Shown here: piece after piece, positions 56,431 through 64,000 of the stretch | How the letters are laid out: every line of letters begins with the position of its first letter | Position numbering within the stretch: position 1 is the first letter of the stretch | From: Candidatus Delongbacteria bacterium | GTDB lineage: Bacteria > CAIWAD01 | Length of the DNA stretch: 64,000 nt | Assembly (NCBI GenBank): GCA_963663545.1 | Contig: OY760505.1 | Span: 2,368,001 to 2,432,000, forward strand | Direction: 5' to 3' | Program-made: the position numbers and the translations under genes | Notes under the pieces: generated by a model | The model's database searches: none | Told to the model about the DNA's origin: nothing | What the model saw: the letters and a program-made list of their open reading frames with translations, nothing else

Positions 56431-57144
56431 ATGGGTCGTGCACGCGTCAAGGGCAGCCTGAAGCGGGCCGTAGTAGAATATCCCGGGGAGATTCTCCTCG
56501 ACTCAAACGAGATGCGCGCTCTGCGCGGCAAGTGGAACGAGCATTTTGGCAATGACTGGCCCCTGCGTCTGGAAGTAGGTATGGGCCGTGGGCGCTTTCT
56601 TGCGGACTTGGCCGCACGCGGCGGTGAAGTGAATCTGCTCGGGTTGGAATTGAAGCCTGACCGCTGTGTCACGGCGCGGAAGAAGATTCGCTATCGGGCC
56701 AAAGTGCCCTTTGTACTGATCTGCAATTTTGCAGAGCTATTACCGCAAATCTTCGCCCCCGGCGAGTTGGATCGCATCTACGTCAACTTTCCCGACCCAT
56801 GGCCTGCATATGCCTACCGTCAGCGGCGCCTCTTCTGCGCACAGTTCTTGCAAACCTATACAAGCGTGATACGTGAAGGTGGCGAGCTGTGGTTCAAGAG
56901 TGATCAGCAAAGTGCGTGGGAAGAGCTACTCGATAGCCTTCCGCAGCGGTTGCAGTTGTTGGAGCACGGCACCGACATGCACTCGGCAGACTGGAACAGC
57001 GAAGGCATTGTCACCGAATACGAGCGTCGCTATCTGGCCGAAGGACGCAAAATCAGCTACGCGCGTCTGCGACACACCAAGCCAGCCATTAAGGAATCCC
57101 ACTGGAATCGTGATACATGGATTGGAGGAACAGATGTCCGCTGA
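56431..57144 (+). CDS. trmB: tRNA (guanine-N7)-methyltransferase
   Basis: LEVGMGRGRF, LGLE, NFPDPWP, FKSD and TEYERR. Confidence 0.93.
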   Translation: MGRARVKGSLKRAVVEYPGEILLDSNEMRALRGKWNEHFGNDWPLRLEVGMGRGRFLADLAARGGEVNLLGLELKPDRCVTARKKIRYRAKVPFVLICNFAELLPQIFAPGELDRIYVNFPDPWPAYAYRQRRLFCAQFLQTYTSVIREGGELWFKSDQQSAWEELLDSLPQRLQLLEHGTDMHSADWNSEGIVTEYERRYLAEGRKISYARLRHTKPAIKESHWNRDTWIGGTDVR

Positions 57145-58474
57145 GAATCGCAAGCGCTTGCTCGATGCAATGGATGATGGCATTGCCATTCTACCCGCGG
57201 CTCACGCCAAGCTGAGAAACGGTGATACCGAGTTTGACTTTCGGCAGGACAGTTCTTTCCAGTGGCTGACAGGGTTTCCAGAAGAGGATGCTATTGCTGT
57301 GATACGCAAAGTGAACGGCAAAGGCAGCTACTACCTCTTTGTGAACAAGCGCGAACCAGAACGCGAGTTGTGGACGGGAAAGCGCTATGGTACAAAGGGC
57401 GCTAAGAAGAAATTCGGTGTGCAGTTTGCTCACACTCTGGCCGAGTATGGCGCGATGCTTGAAGATCTGCTGCGCACCTCCGGCACACTCTATCTGCCTC
57501 TTGGCACTGGTTGGCCCATCGAGCGCCAGATTATAGACGTGTTGGCACGGTTGCAACATATGCGTCGGAAACCCTACCCGTTGCCGCATCAGTTCAAGGA
57601 CGTTTACCGGCTATTAGCTCCACTGCGCTTGCGGAAAAGCCCCACTGAAATTTCAGGCATGGAGCGCGCGGCCGGTGTTACAAATGACGCTTTCCGTGAA
57701 GCGATGTCGCTTGTAAGTCCTGGATCTCATGAATATCAGCTACGCGGAGTTTTGGACGCCGTGTACCAGCTCCATGGAGGCAGCTGGGCCTTCGGCAGCA
57801 TTGTGGCCACAGGCAACAATGCCTGCACTTTGCACTACGTGACCTGCCGCGATCAGTTGAGTGATGGGGAACTGGTGCTTTTTGATGCTGGCGCCGAACT
57901 CGATGGCTTCTGTGCGGATGTGTCACGAACCATGCCAGTCAACGGCCGCTTCACCAAGGAGCAGGAGCGCGTGTACGAAATCGTATTGGCCGCCCACCAG
58001 GCGGCGGTCGAAACTGCACGCCCCGGTGTTCCTGTGGACGAAGTGCACAACACGGCTGTGCGTGTCACAATTCAAGGTCTAAAGGACCTTGGCATGCTGA
58101 AGGGGCGGGACGAAATGCTGTTTGAAAAAGCGGCGCATCGCCCTTGGTTTCCCCACGGTACCTCACACTGGCTTGGGCGTGATGCACATGATGTAGGTGG
58201 CTACGCCGACAACACCGGTGTTACAACACTGGAAGAGGGGATGATCCTGACCGTTGAGCCGGGCTTGTATTTTGACGCGAAGGATCGCAAAGTACCGGCT
58301 CCGTTACGCGGTATGGGAATCCGGATCGAAGACGATGTGCTTATTACCGCCGATGGAAATCGCACACTGACAGAGGCCATTCCCCGCAAACCGCGCGAGA
58401 TTGAGAAGGCAATGGCAGCAAAGCCCCGCTATTTCAAGGGTGCCTCCATCTTCAACGCCAACACGGCCAAATGA
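57134..58474 (+). CDS. pepP: Xaa-Pro aminopeptidase
   Basis: FRQDSSF.WLTGF, CTLHY, FDAGAE...ADVSRT.PVNG, HGTSHWLG.DAHD, TVEPGLY and IRIEDD. Confidence 0.95.
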   Translation: MSAENRKRLLDAMDDGIAILPAAHAKLRNGDTEFDFRQDSSFQWLTGFPEEDAIAVIRKVNGKGSYYLFVNKREPERELWTGKRYGTKGAKKKFGVQFAHTLAEYGAMLEDLLRTSGTLYLPLGTGWPIERQIIDVLARLQHMRRKPYPLPHQFKDVYRLLAPLRLRKSPTEISGMERAAGVTNDAFREAMSLVSPGSHEYQLRGVLDAVYQLHGGSWAFGSIVATGNNACTLHYVTCRDQLSDGELVLFDAGAELDGFCADVSRTMPVNGRFTKEQERVYEIVLAAHQAAVETARPGVPVDEVHNTAVRVTIQGLKDLGMLKGRDEMLFEKAAHRPWFPHGTSHWLGRDAHDVGGYADNTGVTTLEEGMILTVEPGLYFDAKDRKVPAPLRGMGIRIEDDVLITADGNRTLTEAIPRKPREIEKAMAAKPRYFKGASIFNANTAK

Positions 58475-59505
58475 GTAGGCGCATTGTCCTGACAGGTGCG
58501 ACCGGCCTGCTAGGCGGCGCATTGTTGCGAAGACTGAATGCAGAAGGGTACAAGCTTCATCTGCTCGGGCGTGATACAAAGCGTCTTGAATCGCTCATGC
58601 CGGGCGAATGTACGACCGCATACTTCGATCTGGAAGCGCCGAGTCCCCCTGCTGGACTGCAGAAGGACGATGTTGTGATACACTGTGCCGCGCTGTTGGG
58701 TAATGCCGGTGTTGACCGTGACACATACTTGAAGGCCAATACAGATTCGGTTGTGGTTCTGGCAAAGGCAGCACGCGACGCTGGAGCGAGACTCTTTCAG
58801 TTCTTCAGCAGTGTCAGTGCGCATGGTCCCATCGCTTCTGATGAGTTCCCCTTGCGTGAGGATAGTCCCTTTCGTCCCGGATCGCTTTATGGCGAGAGTA
58901 AAATGCTGGCCGAGAAGGCGCTGGCCGGAATCGAAGGCTTGCACGTGCAGATTCTGCGTCCTCCGGTGATTTACGGTCCTGGGGCCAATAGCCACAGTTC
59001 AGCATCAAAAGTGTTTCGTCTGCTACGCGGAAAGGTCTTCATGCGCAGCGCCGGATCACACAACCATTTCAATGTGATACACCTGGATAATCTGGTGGAT
59101 GCTTCCGTGTTTCTTATGAAGCACGGAATGCAGTCTGCATCACAGGCCGGAGACAGTGCCGCACTACCGCCGAACGCCGATACTTGGATGGTACGCGATG
59201 AGCCGGGTCCCACCATGCGTCAAGTGCAGGAATGGATTTGCGACGAATACAAGCGGTGCCCGTTTTTTTTGCACATCGCACCGCCCGTGCTACTTGCTAT
59301 CGGAGCCCTTGGCGATTGGCTGCGCGCCCATGGAATGCCACGTTTTCCCTTGAATCTGGAAACGGCCAGAGGTTTTGCTTCTAGCGGTTTCTACTCTGGC
59401 CACGAGCGTCTCTTGCAGGCGGGCTGGAGGCCACCTCTTGAGACCGAAGAAGCTGTGCGTCAGGTGGCGCGCTGGTACAATGCGCAGGGAGATAGCCGTG
59501 ACTGA
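58471..59505 (+). CDS. NAD-dependent epimerase/dehydratase
   Basis: TGATGLLG, IHCAA, FSSVS, YGESK and RPPVIYGPG. Confidence 0.9.
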   Translation: MSRRIVLTGATGLLGGALLRRLNAEGYKLHLLGRDTKRLESLMPGECTTAYFDLEAPSPPAGLQKDDVVIHCAALLGNAGVDRDTYLKANTDSVVVLAKAARDAGARLFQFFSSVSAHGPIASDEFPLREDSPFRPGSLYGESKMLAEKALAGIEGLHVQILRPPVIYGPGANSHSSASKVFRLLRGKVFMRSAGSHNHFNVIHLDNLVDASVFLMKHGMQSASQAGDSAALPPNADTWMVRDEPGPTMRQVQEWICDEYKRCPFFLHIAPPVLLAIGALGDWLRAHGMPRFPLNLETARGFASSGFYSGHERLLQAGWRPPLETEEAVRQVARWYNAQGDSRD

Positions 59506-60529
59506 GCAAGGGCATCCTCCTTTGTTGGTCCTTGGCGGATTACTTGGGTACCGTCTGGCCTGTGATACAGACCAGGGACGCAGCATTGTCTGGACTCTTG
59601 AGCATCCCGTTGAACAAGTGGGCCATCTCCTGCTGGATCACAGCCTGGGGCGTCCCGCACCAGCGTCCGGAAGGCCGGAGCTGTTTCCCTGCGAGATCGA
59701 GCAAGTCATTTTTAGTCCGCTTTTACAGCATTTCAGTGCTGGCAGTAGTGGGCGCAAACTCCTGCTTCCCCTTCTAGACTGGCGGCTATCGGCGCGCGAT
59801 CAATGCCCGCTAATGCTCCAGGCGCTACCGCGGGAAGGCCAAATCGATGTTGTGACACATTCATGGGGATTGCATCTCTTATTGGCGCTCCTCGGACCCG
59901 ACGGCCTGGGCATCGAGCGCATTCGCCGTGTGATACTTGTAACACCACCCTTCGGCGGTAGCTTGGATTCATTGGTAGCGCTACGATGCGGCATCGACCG
60001 GCTCAACGTTGGTTCCGGGCGTGACATGGGTTGGCTGACGCGTAGCTTCCCTGCTCTCTTTGATCTTCTGCCCGAGCCCGGCTATGGCATGGTACGCAAT
60101 CAGCAGGGAGACGAACTGGACCTGCTTGCCGAATCAAGCTGGCCACGTTCGCTGGGGCACAGCCTGCGACCGCTCCTGATGGCGGCAGGCGCATTCCGCT
60201 ACGAGAGGCAGTGCCGCATCAAACGTTTTCTTCCGGCACTGGCCGATCGCTGTCTTGTATTGGCAGGGTGCGGCATGGATACTGCGCTGGAGCTACGCCT
60301 TCCTGCTGGTGAAATCGTGTGGGACTGTGATCCGGCATTCCTCAGCATGGGTACACAGGGTGACGGACGTCTGCCGCTGGTTTCCACAATGCCACGAGAG
60401 CCCGTGCTGACACGGCTTGTACTTGGCGACACCGGGCAGCCGGTGTGTCACGGGGAAATCTTCTATCGTCCTGGAGTGCTGCAGTTGTTGGAATCCTGGC
60501 TGGATAACGGCGAAATCAAGCAGGCTTGA
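59498..60529 (+). CDS. Alpha/beta hydrolase, LCAT/PGAP1-like lipase/acyltransferase
   Basis: LGGLLG, DWRLS, nucleophile elbow VTHSWG, PPFGGS, GDG.LP and a C-terminal His. Confidence 0.7.
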   Translation: MTEQGHPPLLVLGGLLGYRLACDTDQGRSIVWTLEHPVEQVGHLLLDHSLGRPAPASGRPELFPCEIEQVIFSPLLQHFSAGSSGRKLLLPLLDWRLSARDQCPLMLQALPREGQIDVVTHSWGLHLLLALLGPDGLGIERIRRVILVTPPFGGSLDSLVALRCGIDRLNVGSGRDMGWLTRSFPALFDLLPEPGYGMVRNQQGDELDLLAESSWPRSLGHSLRPLLMAAGAFRYERQCRIKRFLPALADRCLVLAGCGMDTALELRLPAGEIVWDCDPAFLSMGTQGDGRLPLVSTMPREPVLTRLVLGDTGQPVCHGEIFYRPGVLQLLESWLDNGEIKQA

Positions 60530-60689
60530 CACTTTCTTTCTACTTAGCAGCACATGGTTCCCTCAGCTGGTTGATTCTTCCTCGTGCCCGAACTACCTTT
60601 GGCCCTTTATTACCCGATGGTAGCCTGTTCCGGTGCGTCACACCGTGTGGGATGCGTGATCACCCAGGGCGAGCTTTAAGCGGTCAATC

Positions 60690-61199
60690 GTGAGCGAAGA
60701 GCGATCGCAGGGTCTGCCGCAGGAAATGTCCGGCAATGAGGGCGTCCTGTTGCTGGCCCTGCACCTGAGGACCAATAACCGTCGACTCGAAGAGCTGCAG
60801 CGCCTGGTTGCGGGTGGCGATGAACAGCTCTTTGTCGAGTTGCTGCGCGAGAAGCGTGAGCTGCTCTGGCGGCTTCGTGTGATTCTTGGCGGACTGGACG
60901 CCTTTGATTACAACGAAGCTCCAAATCAGTCCGTGCTGCTGGAGCTGTGCGGTCTTGGTGAACTGGCCTCCGACAGCGCGGACCCGCCGCGCGGTCTGCT
61001 TCCTCAGCGACAACTGCAACGCCGCCTGAACACATTTCTTGAATTGGAACAGCGTCTGCACACACTGGCCGACTCGCTTCGTCGGCAGTTTCCGCAGCAT
61101 CCGTATCACGATGAGTTTCGCGTTTGCGCTCAGACCTGTGACGAGCATCGCTCACGCCTGCTGGACTGGCAGCGCACGCAGGGGCGTTTGGGTGCGTGA
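60690..61199 (+). CDS. Hypothetical helical protein
   Basis: 169-aa L/E/R-rich ORF filling the gap before korA; no recognised motif. Confidence 0.55.
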   Translation: MSEERSQGLPQEMSGNEGVLLLALHLRTNNRRLEELQRLVAGGDEQLFVELLREKRELLWRLRVILGGLDAFDYNEAPNQSVLLELCGLGELASDSADPPRGLLPQRQLQRRLNTFLELEQRLHTLADSLRRQFPQHPYHDEFRVCAQTCDEHRSRLLDWQRTQGRLGA

Positions 61200-61337
61200 T
61201 ACATGCATGGCGTGAATTGACAAGTACACGGCCTAGGCCGTGAGGAATCTGGAGCCGTGGAGAGCGGCCTCCATTGTTGAAGGTTTTGGGAGCGGGGACA
61301 CGAGTCTGCCGTTCAAACGACTATAAAGGAGTACGGC

Positions 61338-63125
61338 GTGGAATGCCGAGACTTAACCCTGGCCATCGTCGGTTCTGGCGGTGACGGTGTCGTCAGCGCC
61401 GGGGAGATCATTGTCAAGGCTGCGGCGCACGAAGGCCTGCATGGCTTTCTGCTGAAGAGCTTCGGTCCGCAGATCCGCGGTGGTGAGTCTTCCTGCAAGA
61501 TCCGTCTGTCTCAGGACAAGATCCTTTCCATTGGAGAGGAAACTCGAATCCTGATGTGTTACAACTGGGCCGATTACCGTCGCTTCAAGGCGGAAATCCC
61601 CTTGCATCCAAATGCCGTTATCCTCTCCGATGAGGACGATCCCGTCCAGGACGCGGACGTTCCCGTCGAGTTTACAGAGGACATGACCTGGATCAAGGTG
61701 CCCTTCAAGCGTCTCGCCAACGAGAAGCTGGGCAATATCCTGACCAAGAACATCCTTTCGCTGGGAATTCTCTGCGGCATGTTCTCACTGCCCAAGCGCG
61801 GTGTGCTGGATCAGATTCGCAAGCGCTTCGGCAAAAAGCGCCAGGAAATCATCGACCTGAACATGAACGCCATCAAGGTCGGCGAAGACTGGGTGTTTGC
61901 TCAGGAGCTGCCCAAGGATCACCTGCGTTTCGCTCCCTACAAGGAGTCGGAGCCCAAGCTGGTGCTCACGGGCAACGAGGCCGCATCCGTTGGCGCGCTG
62001 TGGTCCGGGCTCGAGATTTTTGCTGGCTATCCCATTACGCCCGCTTCCGATGTGATGGAGTGGCTGGAGCACCATCTGCCGCAGACCGGCGGTACCATGA
62101 TTCAGGCCGAGGACGAGATCGCCTCGCTGGGAATCGTGATCGGTGCCTCCTTTGCGGGTAAGAAATCGATGACGGCCACCTCCGGCCCCGGTATTTCGCT
62201 GATGTCGGAAATGCTGGGCCTGGCTGCCATCGCCGAGATTCCCGCTGTGGTGATCAACGTGCAGCGCGGTGGACCTTCCACCGGTCTGCCCACCAAGACC
62301 AGCCAGGGCGACCTGCTGCAGGCCTGCTTTACCACTCATGGTGATGCTCCGCATGTGGTGCTGGCTCCCACCGATGTGCGCGACTGTGCCGCGGTGACAG
62401 CCGAGGCCTTCTACCTTTCCGAGAAGTATCAGATTCCGGTGATCGTGCTTTCCGACCAGTTCGTCGGCCAGCGCTACGAGACCGTGATACGTTACGAGTT
62501 GCTGCGTGAGGGCATCGACAAGGGCTACATTCGCCGCTACAACCGCGACGTGCCCGCTCCCGAGGATTGCAACGAGAACTATCTGCGGTACAAGTACACC
62601 GACAACCATGTATCACCGATGAGCTTTCCGGGCATTAAGGGCGCGTATTACGTGGCCTCCGGCCTGGAGCACGACGAGCGCGGATATCCTACCTCCGATG
62701 TGGACGTCCACCTTGACATGCACAACAAGCGTCACGGCAAGTTCGAGCACATCGTCAACGAGAGCTTCTTCCGCCACTACGGCCACCGCGATGCCCGTTT
62801 GGGCATTCTGTGTTGGGGAAGCGCCAAGGGCCCTGTGCACGAGGCGATGCTTGAGGCCGAAGAGCAGTACGGCATTCGTACCCGCTGTCTCATTCCTACC
62901 TGCCTCATGCCGCTGGACGTCGAGCGCATTCAGCACTTCGTCGATTCCTGCGCGCGTGTCATTATTGCCGAGGCCAATTACAGTGCCCAGTTCTACCGCT
63001 ACCTGCGGACCATGGTGGACGTCAGCCGCAAGCGCGTGCGCCAGTTGAATGTGTCCGACGGTCAGCCCTTGCCGGTGGATCTGGTCAAGGAGACCATCAA
63101 GGAGGTGCACGATGAGCTCCAATAG
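61338..63125 (+). CDS. korA: 2-oxoacid:ferredoxin oxidoreductase alpha subunit (gamma-alpha fusion)
   Basis: GSGGDG, QIRGGES, AGYPITPAS, QAEDEIA, ATSGPG.SLM.E, QRGGPSTGLPTK and GLEH. GTG after AAGGAG. Confidence 0.93.
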   Translation: MECRDLTLAIVGSGGDGVVSAGEIIVKAAAHEGLHGFLLKSFGPQIRGGESSCKIRLSQDKILSIGEETRILMCYNWADYRRFKAEIPLHPNAVILSDEDDPVQDADVPVEFTEDMTWIKVPFKRLANEKLGNILTKNILSLGILCGMFSLPKRGVLDQIRKRFGKKRQEIIDLNMNAIKVGEDWVFAQELPKDHLRFAPYKESEPKLVLTGNEAASVGALWSGLEIFAGYPITPASDVMEWLEHHLPQTGGTMIQAEDEIASLGIVIGASFAGKKSMTATSGPGISLMSEMLGLAAIAEIPAVVINVQRGGPSTGLPTKTSQGDLLQACFTTHGDAPHVVLAPTDVRDCAAVTAEAFYLSEKYQIPVIVLSDQFVGQRYETVIRYELLREGIDKGYIRRYNRDVPAPEDCNENYLRYKYTDNHVSPMSFPGIKGAYYVASGLEHDERGYPTSDVDVHLDMHNKRHGKFEHIVNESFFRHYGHRDARLGILCWGSAKGPVHEAMLEAEEQYGIRTRCLIPTCLMPLDVERIQHFVDSCARVIIAEANYSAQFYRYLRTMVDVSRKRVRQLNVSDGQPLPVDLVKETIKEVHDELQ

Positions 63126-63996
63126 TCCCACCATCGATCACGCCTGCCAGCATAAGCCCAAGGACTACAAGCGCGCCTTGAAGCCCGTGTGGTGTCCGGG
63201 TTGCGGTGATTATGGTGTGGTCAACGCGCTCTACAAAACCATGGCCGATCTCAACCTGCAGCGCGAAGATCTGGCGGTGGTTTCGGGCATCGGCTGCTCC
63301 AGTCGTATTCCCGGCTACGTCAATGCTTACGGATTCAACGGCGTGCACGGTCGCGCCTTGACCATTGCGACCGGTGTTAAGCTGGCGCGTCCCGAGACCA
63401 CGGTGATCATCTGTGGTGGTGATGGTGACGGTCTGGCCATTGGTATGGGACACTTTCCCCATGCTGCACGCCGCAACCTGAACATGACCTACATCATGAT
63501 GGACAACCGTATCTACGGTCTGACCAAGGGGCAGATGTCGCCGACCACCGAGCACGACCTGCGCACCAAGACCAGTACAAAGGGCAACATTGAGCAACCC
63601 ATCAATCCGGTGCTGCTGGCTCTTTCGGTGGGGGTTACTTTTGTAGCACGCACGGTGGGCACCAACATCAAGCACATGTCCGAGATTTTCAAGCAGGCTG
63701 TGGAGCACAATGGTTTTAGCTTTGTGCACGTGCTCTCGCCTTGTATCACATTCCGTGGCAAGGGCCAGTTTGATAATCTTGAGTCCCGCACTCATTTCCT
63801 CGAGCCCGGCGAGCACGACGTAACCGACTTCCGCGAAGCGCACGAGAAGACCATGTTCGGCGAGAAGCTGTACATGGGCGTGCTGTACCAGCAGAAGAAG
63901 GAAAGCTTCATGCAGCGCTATGAGACCATTCGCAATGATTTCATGCAGGGCAGCCGCAAGACCGTTGTCGAAGTGGTGGACGAGTTCCTTCCCTAG
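63112..63996 (+). CDS. korB: 2-oxoacid:ferredoxin oxidoreductase beta subunit
   Basis: WCPGCGD, SGIGCSSR, HGRAL, GGDGD, DNRIYGLTKGQ.SPT and SPCITF. Confidence 0.95.
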   Translation: MSSNSPTIDHACQHKPKDYKRALKPVWCPGCGDYGVVNALYKTMADLNLQREDLAVVSGIGCSSRIPGYVNAYGFNGVHGRALTIATGVKLARPETTVIICGGDGDGLAIGMGHFPHAARRNLNMTYIMMDNRIYGLTKGQMSPTTEHDLRTKTSTKGNIEQPINPVLLALSVGVTFVARTVGTNIKHMSEIFKQAVEHNGFSFVHVLSPCITFRGKGQFDNLESRTHFLEPGEHDVTDFREAHEKTMFGEKLYMGVLYQQKKESFMQRYETIRNDFMQGSRKTVVEVVDEFLP

Positions 63997-64000
63997 ACGT

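Larger units (their letters stand above)
165..63749. repeat. Dispersed, highly iterated heptamer GTGATAC/GTATCAC (family GTRWYAC)
   Basis: Hand count of about 110 exact copies, e.g. at 165, 730, 1074, 1541, 2299, 9273, 19755, 21367, 27003, 31103, 38111, 41660, 48732, 52923, 57110 and 63743. Confidence 0.9.

Noticed and set aside
165..63749. GTGATAC as Chi/KOPS or as a transcription-factor (CRP-like TGTGA) half-site
   Set aside because: It occurs in both orientations (about 63:47), is mostly intragenic, and I saw no consistent partner half-site at fixed spacing.

Overview
Gene-dense, moderately GC-rich (about 55-58% by eye) diderm bacterial chromosome segment. It probably comes from an FCB-superphylum lineage outside Bacteroidota (Delongbacteria/Cloacimonadota/Calditrichota-like); this is inferred from PorU-like C25 peptidases and FlgD-Ig-type C-terminal domains. 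Contents in order: the end of a MAF/CgeB/GT9 glycosylation locus with a FliT-like gene (1-10.1 kb); a 904-aa TPR protein, trxA, a TlpA lipoprotein and a YbjN-family gene; a 1395-aa acidic secreted cohesin/dockerin/CTD protein (candidate major surface protein); an amgK - murG::HEAT - mraY - murU operon outside any dcw cluster; two tandem PorU-like C25 peptidases; upp; a TonB-dependent receptor behind a TPP riboswitch; rmlC; an MFS/FemAB pair; two divergent S8 peptidases; a FAN1-like nuclease; a tricorn-like protease; trmB; pepP; korAB. The strongest signal not explained by the genes is the heptamer GTGATAC/GTATCAC (degenerate palindrome GTRWYAC). A hand count gives about 110 copies versus about 6 expected. 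It occurs in all reading frames and is nearly absent from genes with high-expression codon bias, resembling HIP1 or a DNA-uptake sequence. Three secreted proteins also share a second, FN3-like C-terminal domain. No CRISPR, tRNA/rRNA or mobile element was recognised.
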